NCBI RefSeq assembly: GCF_009914755.1
Contig: NC_060933.1
Direction: 5' to 3' (one strand)
Origin: the human T2T-CHM13v2.0 reference genome, Homo sapiens
DNA: 64,000 nt
Numbering within the stretch: position 1 is the first letter of the stretch; every line of letters begins with the position of its first letter. The notes under the pieces are model-generated. The model searched no databases. It was not told where the DNA came from and worked only from the letters and a program-made list of their open reading frames with translations. This document shows, one piece after another, positions 17,021 through 32,000 of the stretch. A program made the translations under genes and the position numbers.

Positions 17021-17496
17021 CTATAGCCCTCTTTCCCAATAAACTAAAAAAGAGGGTAACTTTCAAGGAGGAAGAGAGAAATCCACCTTTAGATAATAAT
17101 TGCCCAGACGCTAGACCTGGCCAATTCTGGCATTTACTTCTCATGCCAGCACTAGGAAGTCAGTAAAATTAGTTGTCTCATCACCCTTTGACAGGTGCAG
17201 AAAATGCAGCATATTCGCAGAGGAAGAGGGTAGATGTATCAGTTATCTATTGCCACAATAACGCTGTGTAACAAACCACCTCCAAAACTCAGTTACAAAA
17301 AACAATAAGCATTTACTTAGCTCTTGAGTCTGTGGGTTGGAGATTTAATCTGGATAGTTCCTCTAGTCTCCTTTGAGCTCTCTCACTCTCTGGGGGTAGC
17401 TGGCTCTTGGTGAAGGGGTCACACATGTGGTGATCAGCTAGAATAACTCTGTTTCACTTTTCTCTCCTATTCTTCCAGCAGACTAGCTTGGGTATA

Positions 17497-17833
17497 CAGT
17501 TGTCCCTGGGTATTCATGAAGAATTGGTTCCAGGACCTCCACAGAAAACAAAATCTACAGATGCTCAAGGCCCTTATATAAAATGTTGTCATATTTGCCT
17601 ATAACCTATGCACATCCTCCTGTAAATTTTAAATCGTTTCCAGATTACTTACAATACCTAACACAATGTAATGCTATGTAAGTAGCTGTTATTCTATATT
17701 GTTTAGGGAATAATGACAAGAAAAAAATCTGTACGTGCCCCATACAGATGCAAACATCATAGGCCTAACTATATTTTCAATCCATGGTTGGTTGAATCTA
17801 CAAATGTGGAACCCATGGATACGAGGCCAACTG
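17497..17833. mobile_element. MER2 (TcMar-Tigger MITE)
   Basis: TIRs CAGTTGTCCCTGGGTAT / ATACGAGGCCAACTG flanked by TA. Confidence 0.88.
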
Positions 17834-17855
17834 TATTCTCACGGTGAAGGCATAA

Positions 17856-18200
<345 letters not shown>

Positions 18201-18554
18201 TGCACAAGCACTTTTAAAGTCTCTTCTTATGTGAAATTGGCTAACATCCCACTGTCCAAAGTCACATGGCCAAACTGGGATTCAAGGAACGGGAAATAGA
18301 GTCTATGTTTTTAGTGAGAACTGCAAAGTCACATGACAAAAAGGGCTAGATTCCAGGAGGTGTGCAGAATCGGTGCCTTTAATGCAGTCAATTTCCCACA
18401 AAACAAAGAGGGTAGGGTAACTTCTTATGGCTCTTTAAGGTTGCTAAAGATAGATGTATGGATTTTGTTTCTCAACAGAGTTAGCATGAAATTCAGAAAG
18501 GATCAATCATCATTCTACCTCTTTTAAAGCAGCTTTTAAAAACAGGCTTTCTTT

Positions 18555-19762
<1,208 letters not shown>

Positions 19763-20619
19763 TCACAATTTTCTTTAAAGTTCCTTCTCTTGATGTTGCT
19801 ATTCAAAGTTTTGGTTGCGCCAACAATCAATCAACTAATATTGTTTTGCTGCCTTACCTAATAATTGTAGAGAGCTGTGCTGGCCAGAAAGAAATCATTT
19901 GCTTAGTCCCTTTCTTCAATGACCTCACAGTTAAGTTGGGAAAATGGAATGTTAAAATAGAATAGCAAGGCCCAAAGAGTTTAAGAACCAATAACACAAG
20001 GCAAGGTGGTAACCACACCAAGTGATGGGCCAGTGACTACCACAGAACCTGAGAGGCAGGGAGCTTTTAAAATTTCAAATATCCAGATTCCGCCTGGATC
20101 AGAATCTTGAGATTGAAGAGAAGCTGGAAAACTTGTACTTTTCAAAAGCTCCCAGGAAATTCAGATGCCTAGCCAGGGTTAGAGAATCCCTCTAAACTAT
20201 ACACAACAAAGTTAATTTTACGGGGGGAAAAACCTGTTTGAAGAATTACAGCTTACTGGGAACACTGGAAATTGCAAAACTTAAAATAACTTTTACCTGG
20301 TAGAAATAAGCAACAGAAAATAAAACACAAAGACTAACACTGCGTCCAGTAAATATTGACTAAACATGGATGGGAAGACCCTACATCTGCATGACAAAAT
20401 TGAGATCATAAAATTTGCCTAGGAAAATTGGACCTCATGGGAATAACAGCTACAAAAGAACATATTCATGTTACGAAGAAAGATAATCAGCAAATTTTGA
20501 TGTTGACAAGCCACTGATCAATGAATCAAATTTTTTTCCGTTGAATATACAATGAAAAGATTCCATTCCAATGAAAATAGTTTCAGTGTAGGCTTCTAGC
20601 TTTTTCAAACATATTAAAT

Positions 20620-21315
20620 ATTTCACTTTTGTTAACTTGTTATTTTGAAATAATTTCAAAATTATAGAACAGTTGCAAGAATAGGACAAAGACCTTTTGC
20701 ATACCCTTTGTTCAAATTTGCCAATTCATATTCAGTCACATATAATTGCTTTATCTTATATATATAATATATGTATGCATACAGACATATACATATGTAT
20801 ATATATTTTTCGAGAGTTGCAGATAATCATGTGCCTTTCCATCAAAAGTGTGTACTTTCTAAGAGTGAGAAGATTTTACACAACCAGAAAATGATGATCA
20901 ATCCAGAAATTTAAAATGAATACATACTATTCTCTAATATACAACTATATTCAAATTTCACCAATTGTCCCCAAAATGTCCTTTATAGTAATTTTTTTCC
21001 CACTCTGATCCAGGAGCCAAAAAAAAAAAATGGTTCAAGATCACTTTTTGCATTTAGTTGTCATACTTATCTCTTTAGTCTCCTTTAATTTGAAACAGTT
21101 CCTTGGTCTTTCTTTGTCTTTCATAACATTGACATTTTTGCAGAATACAGGCCAGTTGTTCTGTAGAATGTCCCTTGATCTGGATTTGTCTGATGTTTCC
21201 TCATGATTAGATTTGGGTTATGCATTTTTGGCAGGAATTCTGTGTAAGCACTGTTGGTTGTCGGTGCATCCCATCAAGAGTCACATGCTGGCAGTTTGTC
21301 CAATTACTGGTGAAA
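20620..21315 (-). mobile_element. L1MC-type 3' end with internal (TA)n
   Basis: TTATTTTGAAATAATTTCAA...GTTGCAAGAATAG motif typical of L1MC 3'UTR antisense. Confidence 0.7.
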
Positions 21316-21469
21316 GAAACATTCCATTTTACTTTTCTATGCCTCACTCCCCTCATCTGCTAATGGAGATAACTGAGGGACATAGTTGGATGGCTTCATG
21401 GCTGAGCTGTCATTCCAGACATGCCCCGCCCACTGGATAGTTTTGCAGATGGAAGCCGTTGAGATCATC

Positions 21470-21720
21470 ATCATCATTAATATCATCATCTCGACTATCT
21501 AGGATACCTACTGTGTGCTGACATTATTGCTTTTTCTAACCCTCATGTAAAACATGCACGTCTGTGTTATCATCCCCATTTAACAGTTAAGGAAACTGGG
21601 GCTCAGAGACAGTGGTGTGATGTGCTCAGGAAAACACGGCTGGAAAGGGACTCAACTGGGATTGGAACCCAGTTGGGTCTGAGTCCAGACAGAGCCTGAG
21701 CCCTGTACTATGACACATTG
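21470..21720 (-). mobile_element. MIR
   Basis: CCCCATTTAACAGTTAAGGAAACTGGGGCTCAGAGA core. Confidence 0.75.
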
Positions 21721-22355
21721 TAATTGCATTCACAAGTGTGTTTCTCAGCAGAAAGGATGGATTATTAAAGCCTCCTTTGGGAGCACCAGATGGTGAAGGA
21801 GGAAACGAGGTGGACAAGCTCTTGCCATCTTTATTCCTTTTCTTTTTTTCTCATGGCCTGGGCCCATCTCCATTCTGAGATCCAGCTGAATTAAAATCAG
21901 GACTACTGCCATAGTGGGGGGCACTGCCAACTGGATTTGGGGAAGCTGCCTTCAAAGCTGACTTTGCTCCATTCTCGGCTGTCTAGCCCTGCTCAAATGA
22001 GGTGACTCCACCCTCATCCCATCCCGGAGCCTGAGTTTCCTTATACATGTTGAGGTCGATACGGGCTGGAAATGGTAATCATAATTGCCATGCATTGAGT
22101 GCATAACATGAATTAAGGCTTTAAATAACTCTGTGGTGTTACGTACCTTATTTTGCCCAATTTTACAGATGAGAAAAACTGAGGTTTTTATAGTGGCTAA
22201 TGTTACAATCTGCACAGGTCTAAGTGCAGAGACTAGATGAGATCTTTACTAGGATGCCAGGCTTTCTCTAGGCTTCATGGGCTGGCAGGTTCCATGGAAC
22301 AGGTTTATGAAACATAAGGAGCATTTATTGTTGACTCCTGGGACAGGCTACATAG

Positions 22356-22698
<343 letters not shown>

Positions 22699-23739
22699 TG
22701 ATCTCTTTCTTTCTATTTGCCAGTATCTTGTCCTGGATCTTCTTTCTCTCCGTTTTCGCTCCTGGACTCACCTCCCTGGGGGACTGCCAAGGCCTAAGGT
22801 ACCTGCTTCTCTGGAGACTTCACCATGACCTGCAAGGTCCCTCCTTGAGGAAGTACGTTGCTGCTGGTTGATCCCAACTCCTTCCCAACTTCTCCCTGTG
22901 CGGGGATGGGGAGGTAGAGGAATGGAAGAAAAGAAGAAAATTCCAGAGCAAAAGTTGGAATTTTGTACCGGATCAAGACACTTGAGCCTTAAAATGGGGG
23001 TGACTGTCCCTTCTCTGCCCACTTTGGAGAAATAGTCAATCAAACGAGAAAATGCTGCCAACTTGTTTGATAAATTGCTAAGGAATTTTCTAAGACCAGA
23101 TCGTGTGATTTCTTCCCCCCCCTTTGTGTAGAGACTTGAAAGCCCAAGTCACCCTGGCTGGGCTGTTACAAGAGAGCATTTCCCTTGTTTTTTAGGCTTA
23201 AGGAAAAGTAACTCAGCTTGAGGAAGAAAACACCATTTCATGAAGTCTTAGCCTTCATTCTTTTCCATGCCCTTTTGAGCCGACTGTTTCTCTATAAAGG
23301 CAACTTCTCCACCAAGACCTACCCAGCAGATCTTAGCCAAGCCCCCAGGTTCTGTCTGGGACCCAAAGGCTTCTGCTGAGGCAACTCCCACCACCTGCTT
23401 GTGACGCAAGTTTGACATCTGCCCATCACCTACTAGAAAAAGCCTCAGCATCTTAACTTCCTGGGTTTTCCAAATGTTGCCAGACTCTAGCACAAAGAAA
23501 TGCAACTTTGGTGTATCTCCACATCACGTCCTCAGTCTCAGCGAACCCTCACCAGTCCTCCAAGAGGAACATTGGAAGGTTCTGCTCAGCCCCCCACGTC
23601 CCTTCTCTCAAGGCTGGGTCTCAAGAGGCTCTATGTGTTTTGTGACCCTGCCATCTTTGGCCATAGAGGATCAGCTCCTGGTGGCACCTAAGCCAAGCTT
23701 GACTCACTCCATTCTCTATTCTGAGTTTGGATTGAGCGC

Positions 23740-24070
23740 AGAGACTCCAGTCAGTACTTGCTGCACTGAGAGGATGGTATGCTGACCATTTTGACTTCGT
23801 GTCCAGGGAAGCAGAGACGACCCCTAACCCGGAGAGAGAGTGGGAAGGAGGGAGAAGTTAGGACTGAGATGTCAAGAGATCTGTGGCCCAGAGTGATGGA
23901 GAGAGAAAGCCCAGGTCCTGAAACTTTTCTAGTTCCTGGCTCTGAATCCCCTTGAGGCTTTGTTTCATTTCCTGCCCTTGGATACCATGATCCACCTTCT
24001 AATTTTCCATTTTTTGTCTGTTTAGCGTGATTTCTTTTCTATTGGTTACAACTGAAAGCGTATTGATAAG
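23740..24070 (+). mobile_element. ERVL LTR fragment (LTR16-like)
   Basis: Degenerate motifs GTTCCTGGCTC...CCCTTGG...TTACAACTGAAAG. Confidence 0.4.
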
Positions 24071-24158
24071 ACTGGTAGGTTTTAGAATCCCCATTTTTCA
24101 AAGACAGACACTAAAGCTCAGAGATGAAGCCCTGAGGCCAGGATCACCCGGGTAGTGA

Positions 24159-24432
<274 letters not shown>

Positions 24433-24502
24433 GCTACACAATACACTTTCTAAGGACTTCACACATTACATCATTTAATCCTCAGGGCACCCCATGAGGT
24501 AG

Positions 24503-24875
<373 letters not shown>

Positions 24876-26149
24876 TATCATTTTAAAGATGAAGAAGTGG
24901 GGGCAAGAAGTTGAGCCATCTGCTGGAGACCACACCGCAGGGGAAGAGGACCAGAGCCAGTGAACCTGGGAACTGACGCCAGAGGCTGGGCTCATAAAAT
25001 GATGTAGTAATGCTAGTCCTGGAGGCAGTGGGCTAGGCATGGAAGGAGTAAAAAGTTTCCAGAATTTGATAAACTCAGGCACGCCGAGTTGAACCACAGA
25101 CCCTCAGAAGATGGGAGAGCCTGTGGGTGTCCCTCCCGGACCACGCTTCCACCGATGTGAGCATCTGTTCTTCCACACCCCTGACCAACAGTCATTTTTC
25201 CAACGCTGTATCACAGAGCCTGCTCCATCATAGAGCAGGTCTGGTCTTGTCCCCTGGGCGATCACAAAATATGTTGGCTCCTCCACCCACACACCCTCCC
25301 CCTTGAAGCTCTGCCCAGAGCTCGCCTGGTGTTTGTAGGGGTCCTCCCCTTCTCTTGGCTTCCCCACACTGGTCACAGTGTCATTGCTCTCGAAAGTGAG
25401 GGGGCTAAGATATGACCACAGTGCACCTGATGGGACCATAGCCACCTCATACAGTACCTAGCCACTTTCTTGGGCAGGTCCTCAGGACACTCCAAAAGTT
25501 CCACAAGGTGAGTATGCCCTCAGTTAATTCCTGAATGGAGACAAACCACAGCTCTGAGTGATTGCATAGTTTCTGCTGTGGTTTGGGAAATATGTGGGTT
25601 CATTTATAAGCTGGATTTTGTCAGGAAGACTTCAAGCTCAGCCATTGTCCCCTGAGGATACCCTTCATGGCCCATCTGATACAGAATGAAGAAAGGAAGC
25701 ACTCTTCAAGGCCGAGACCCCTGGGGAGGAGATGCCTCTATGGTCGAGATGTGCTGATAGAAGGCCCAGCTCCTGGGACCCATGGGTGGCGAAGAAACAG
25801 AAAGGGCTTGCAGTGATTCTAGAAAAAGAAGGCTGAGAAGGACCATGAGCTTTTATAGGCCAGAGGTGCCTGAAGACAGGCTGTGGATTATTTCAGGTTG
25901 GTGGTCACTGATGCTCTTGAGTGAAAGCCACAGATTTTCTCCCCCAAAATGCACATACAGACATACATTTGGTTAAGGAGTAGTTCTTGGTTCCCCAAAC
26001 CAATGCAAAGTCCCCATTTAAGAATCCCTGCTCTAGAGAGAAACTTCCATCTAATTAAGACCCTCCTGGAATCTTCGCTGACCCACGCCCGGGCTGGGTA
26101 GGACCCTTCCTTGAGCTGCACTGAGCACCTCACTGTTGGCACTGTACTG

Positions 26150-26330
26150 CAAAGGTTTGAAGAAGGTGGCCCTTAAACCAGCAACATCAGCATCACCTGG
26201 AAACGCATTAGAAATGCAAACTCTTGGTGCCTAACCTAGACCAAATGAATTCAAAACTCTGGGGTGGGCTCAGCAATCTGAATAGGCTCTCCTGCTGATT
26301 CCAAGGATCACTTGCATTTGAGAAGAGCTG
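26150..26330. mobile_element. MER5A (hAT-Charlie)
   Basis: CAGCAACATCAGCATCACCTGGAAAC...TTAGAAATGCAAA...TTTGAGAA motif. Confidence 0.75.
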
Positions 26331-26902
26331 CTGCAAATAGTTCTCCTCTTCATGGTGTGTGTCTGTCCTACTAGATACAAGGCACCTGGCACATAGTAAG
26401 TGCTCAAATGAATAATTATCGTATCAAGTTTTCCCGACTCCCAGGGCAGGAGTTTTTCCTTGGTACCATACAGCTTTCAGCTGTGGTGACTGAGACCCCA
26501 TGTCATTTTGGATCTAGTTTCTACTCTAAGGCCTAAGATCAGGCTTGGCTCCACTAGGCAGAGGCGGGGACCCGGCCTTGAGGCAGGTGCCCAGAAACCT
26601 TCACACAAGGATCGAGCCAGACAGACATCAAATCTGGGAGCATCTTTCCAGGTAACAAGGCCCCAACCACCTGGTGGATGAGGGGCAGGTGGACTAGGGG
26701 CTGCCTGCCCAGCACATATGCTCAGGGCTCACAGGACCCAACTCTGCCATGCTCTGCAAGCTGCCCCTACTCACCTTGGTGCCTGCTGCACACCAGCCTG
26801 GGCAGAGGCTGCCAAACCTCTGGCAGGGACATACTTACCAGGTTGGTGGGGAGAAAAATGGCCACTTTCAATTTCAATTTTTAAGGAATCTCCAACTTTT
26901 AG

Positions 26903-27228
<326 letters not shown>

Positions 27229-27383
27229 AGAAGACTCCTTTTAACGTCTTGTGTTATGAGTGTTTGTTAAGGGGGGCAAGAGTTGTGTTTCTTAATTTCA
27301 TGTCTCCCATATAGGGCTAAACTCCCAATTTAACTTATTAGGGAAAGGAGGTGTCTTCTACACAGTGCCTCCGTTTCCTAAAA

Positions 27384-28428
27384 TTTTAAAAATAACTTTT
27401 TTGAGGATTGTAGGGAAAACATTTCTGTAACCTTTCCTGTCTCATATTGCTCCAGTTCTTTAAACATTACAAAAAAGAACATTTGATTTTTGAAGGTGGG
27501 GGCAGAGAGAAGATACCTGGTTACTCTTAATTTCCAATGCTTTTATTTTTGAAAAGTACCCTTGCAGTTTTCTTTTGGGGAGGGGCAAAGAAGGATTTCT
27601 GTTCACCTTGCATCTCATAGAAGAGCAATTCTTAACATTTTTATTCCAAAAATCAACCAGTTGTGGGAGATGTAGGATGGATCCAGTAATCCCTCCTTGT
27701 CTCTATAATAGGGCAGGTCCTTCATACTTTCAATTTTTAAAAAATCGGATTTTTTAGGAGAATAGGGAAGAGAATAGAAAAAAAAATCCCTTTTAAACTT
27801 TCCCAAGTCACAAGGAGGCAGTTGCTCAAGTTAAAAAAAAAAAAACAACAATAACAACAACAAAAAAACTGGCTATTTTGGGGTGTTGGAAAGAAATATC
27901 CTGGTTCACGTTTTATTTCACATGCAAGTTTCTCAAATTTTCCTTCTCTAAATCAACCTAACTGGGGGATATGGGGGTGGGGGGCGCTAATATCCCTTAA
28001 CCTTTAACCCCTCTTGTCTTACTGTAGGACCAGTTTTTCAAACTTTTATTTAGAAATACATATATATATTTTAATTTGGCAAGGATAGGCAGAAACAGCC
28101 GCTTCACTGGCATTTCACATAAAAGCGGCTCCTCAAGTATTTATTTTAAAAATCAGTCTGGCTGGGGGGCTAGAGTCCCCTTAACCACTCTTGTCGGACA
28201 TGGGGCCAGTCCTTCAAACTTTTATTTTATTACATTAGTTTTTTTGGGAGGAGTGGCAGGGCAATAGAATATTCCCAATAAGCCTTCCAGTCTTCCAGCA
28301 AGCCAGCTCTTGAAAACTTTTATTTCAAAAATCAATCTGGTTTTTTTTTGGCGGGGGGGTACAGCGGGGTACAGAGTTCCCATTAACCTCTTGCGTTCCG
28401 CCGAGAGCCGGCTCCCTGAACTTTTTTT
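27384..28428. repeat. Cryptic, highly degenerate tandem repeat array upstream of the ZNF618 promoter
   Basis: Recurring block TTTTATT(T/C)NAAAATCA...G-run...TAACC..TCTTGTC...CCAGT(T/C)(T/C)TTCAAACTTTT at ~27384, 27639, 27940, 28140, 28318. Confidence 0.55.
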
Positions 28429-28865
28429 CCAGCGTGAAAATGACATTTCCGAGGGGCTGGGGGACTGGGGGAGGGCAGAAGGGAGCCGGGGAGCGGGCGC
28501 GGGGGGCGCGGGGAGGGCAGGGCGCGGCGCGGGAAAGTTTGGGGGGGCGGGTGTGCCGCGGCACTGGGGCTGGCGGACGGGAGGGCGGGCGCGCCCCTGG
28601 ACCGGCCGGCTTTGTGTGCCACGCGGAGGCCGGCAGCGCGGAGGCCGAGGCCGAGGCCCCGAGCTCGCGGGCCGCACGGCGAGGCCGGCCCGGGGGCGGG
28701 CAGGGCGGCGGGGGGCGGCGGCGGCCCCGCGAGGGGCGGCTCGGCGGCAGCGGCTGCCGCGGCGCGGCCGGTGCGGGCCGGGGGTGGGGGCGAGGGCCGG
28801 CGCCCCCCCCGCGCGCCCCCAGCGCCCCCGCCCCCCCGGCCTGAGCGGGGCGGGCGGAGGAGGGA

Positions 28866-28867
<2 letters not shown>

Positions 28868-28897
<30 letters not shown>
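28868..28897 (+). repeat. (GGC)10 trinucleotide repeat at the TSS/5'UTR
   Basis: Pure uninterrupted GGC x10, ending 72 nt before the ATG. Confidence 0.97.
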
Positions 28898-28969
28898 ATT
28901 GTGCGCGCACCAGCAGCCCGGCCCGGGAGGAGCAGGACGCGCCGGGGCCGCCTCCTCCCGCACGGACCC

Positions 28970-29002
28970 ATGAACCAGCCGGGCGGCGCGGCGGCTCCGC
29001 AG
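28970..29002 (+). CDS. ZNF618: ZNF618 coding exon 1 (MNQPGGAAAPQ), phase-0 donor; the rest of the CDS lies beyond the window
   Basis: ATG AAC CAG CCG GGC GGC GCG GCG GCT CCG CAG|GTACGA; the peptide matches the recalled ZNF618 N-terminus (MNQPGGAAAPQADGASAAGRK...); lies inside the CpG island. Confidence 0.88.
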
Positions 29003-32000
29003 GTACGACGGGGGGCCGGGGGCATGCACCGCGCGGGGGACCCCGGGGGGCCGGGGCCCGGGGCGCTGCGCCACTTCATTGCAAGATTTGCAAAATGCAA
29101 AGTGCCTGGGCACGTTTGCGGGCTTTTTGTGGGCGCAATCGGGAGGGTCGGGGTCCGGAGAGCACCCCCCCGGGCGCTGCGGGGTGCGAGGAGGGTGGGG
29201 GTGACGAGGGGGTCTTTTGGGGCCCCCACCCAGCGCCCCCTCCGGCCCCGGGCTCGGACCGGAGCCCAGAAAACAAAGCGGCGAGAGAACAGAGCAGCCA
29301 TTTCAGTTTGGACAATTCACATTTTGCAAAAATGCAACCCCTTCCAGCTCTGCCCCCTCCCCCCCAAATTTGCAATTTTCCCCTGACCCTCTCTGCGCTC
29401 GGGGTCCCCGATGACCCCCCGGGAGGTCTTTCCCCCCAGGTCCCCCATTTTTGCAACAATCTTTTTTTTTAGGCCATATTTTCCTTTCTCAATTTTTTTT
29501 TTCTAATTTTTCTTCAAACGGTAGTTTTTTCCCATTAAAACGACGCCACCTAGAGGATACTATTTTGTAAATAAAAAAGAAATTAAAATTGAAAAGAAAT
29601 ATTTTTTATTTCTTATTTTTTCAAAAGTTTGCACTACCAGGCAGTGGAGGGGTAAGAGATTCTTTTTTTTTCTTTTTTCGGGTGAAAATTTTCACTTTGA
29701 TCTTTCCAGAAGCATGGAGACAATTTTTATTTCTGAAGCCAAATCCAGATAATATGTAAATGAAAATTAAGCTGGAATTTGAATGAATTTAGTTCTTGGA
29801 GGGGAGAAAGCAAAAAACCTCCTAAAAGCAAAGTCAGTTTGGGTACCCAACTCATTTTAGTTTGAGAAAAAAACTAATTGGAATAAAGAAAGGAGGGAAA
29901 TTGTTGAGTTTAGGGAAAACTGAGAGAATTGGCTTTATGAAGCAATTAGAAATTGTACTTCATTGTAATTTGGAACTTGTTTAGCTCAGCGGGCAAAAAA
30001 AGACTAATTTCTCTATATGGCAATATTTAAAGTTTTTCTATTTCCACGAACGAAGGATTTAAAAGAGAAAATAGAACCTAAAATGTTGGCTTTGGACACA
30101 CCCAAAAATTGTAGTTTTTTTTTTTTAATTTTGCATTTACATTTTACTGCATTTAAATCCTAAGATTCTAAAGAAAACAGAAACTAGAAAAGTTACAGTG
30201 AAATCCTTTCTTTCTTTTTTTCTGTATTTGTTGGGTTTTGTGTGTGTGTGTGTGTTTTTTGTTTTGATGGAATAATTAAGACTGTTTTCTGATTTTGTTT
30301 CCTGAAAGGTCTAGGCATTTCTTTTTTGTTGTTGTTTTATCCAGAAAATGTCAGGAACCTTTTTTGAGCAATATTAAGTGGAAAAAATGTAAATTCATAC
30401 ATTATACAAATTGAGTAGCCCACAGATTTGTAGGAGAGACCGCCATTAAAATAAGATATGCATAATTAACATTATTATGAAAAAACTAACAGTGGATTCA
30501 CAGAAGCTCATTTTTTATGACATGCAACTGAATCAATTGATGAAGACAAGGATTGAGGAATCCTTGGTAAGGAAGAAAATTTTCCCTTTTCTGTCTTGTT
30601 CACCCTTCCAATTTGAAAAATTTATTACTTAAAAAAAATTTAGATTGGTTTCAGGCCTCTTTGATTGTGATGTGGGGTTGGTAGTTTATCAATATTTGTT
30701 ATTTTTCAAAAACCTGATTACTTTCAAAGGGGGAAAAATCCATTAGCCTTGATCATTTTGGGGGGTTTGTGACCAAAAAAAAAAAAATGCACAAATTTTA
30801 CTGACTTAACAAGAAAAAGATAAAAGAGGGATGGGCAAAAAGGAGATGAAAATTCTGATTCTTATCCATCTTCCTTGGTAGAACACTTACTTTGCTGAAG
30901 AAATGTGATATAACACCAACTCAGCTGGTTTTAGCAGCAACAAAATAAAGGAAAAATAATCAAAATACAAACAAAAGCCAAACCCAAGGTTTGCCTTTGG
31001 AATATGAAAGCATATATGCAAACAATATTTCATGTGGAGGTTTTGGCCTTAAAATGAATCACATGAAGGTGAAACAAAAAAGAAAAAAAAATTTAAGAAG
31101 GCAAATAAATATTGACCGAATTGAAATTTGACAGATGAGAATAAAGTACCCACCCAAAGATGAAGCGTTTTGTGATAAATTAGTATCTAATTGAACTTGC
31201 TGGGGATTTTGAGCCTATCCCCCAAAAGTTACAATTTTTCTGTCCAAAAACAGCATATTGTTAGGACTTGCAGGGCGGGATCTTGGAGGGACCTTGGATT
31301 GGAAATTGATGGTGGGTCACCTGGGGCAAGAAAGGAAACCCTTTGCTCCTTTTGCCAGCCACTAGCTGGTCTTGGGAAAACTGGTGGCCCCAGTCCATAG
31401 ATTCCCAACCCTGTTTTGTGGAAATTTGGATGTTTAAGTGGAATAAGTCAAATATATTATCTCTGTGAAATATATTTGACAATGGCAGAGGTTTGACATT
31501 TCCCATCATCGCCATTGCATTTGGGAGATTTTATTTTTTTAGTAACGAAATCCTTCAGGGCTGACTGGTCACATTCTGACATATTTGGAATGAGCTTTTT
31601 TTTTTTTAAGTAGCATAATTAAAAAAATTTTTTTCTGTTGAATTATTTAGGCCGATGAGTAGGACGGTCAAGGAATTTATAATTTCCAAGGGGCTTTGGA
31701 GGCCTCATGAGGCAGAAGGCCTGAGTTTAGCAGTGATGAAGGAGAGATGGGCTGGGGAGGGGTGGAGGGGGGTAGGGGCATCTGAGAAAAAGTCAGGGTT
31801 GTAGATAACAGGTTATTTCTGGTGCAAGGAATAAAAATATTGCAGCACGTCCCTTTGTGTGGCCTGGATCTCCTGACACACAATTCAGCTTCCTTCATTC
31901 CATTCTGCTGAAATTTTGTTCTGTTGTCTATGGCTAGAAGTTGAAAATCATTTCTGGTTTTGTAGAACTGTTTTTTTTTTTTTTCTGTTTTTTTTTTTTT

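Larger units (their letters stand above)
28380..29420 (+). promoter_or_regulatory. ZNF618: CpG-island promoter of ZNF618 with GC boxes and G-quadruplex-prone G-runs
   Basis: Very high GC and CpG density; GGGGCGGG at 28847-28854; G-runs at 28454-28550; no TATA box seen; contains first coding exon. Confidence 0.9.

Noticed and set aside
28097-28130. 8-bp inverted repeat AGCCGCTT...AAGCGGCT
   Set aside because: Too short to exceed chance expectation; no ncRNA features.
28222-29472. Long overlapping ORFs (up to 359 aa) on both strands
   Set aside because: Stop-codon scarcity in a very GC-rich CpG island; low-complexity Arg/Gly/Pro/Ala products. Only the 11-codon ZNF618 exon is supported.
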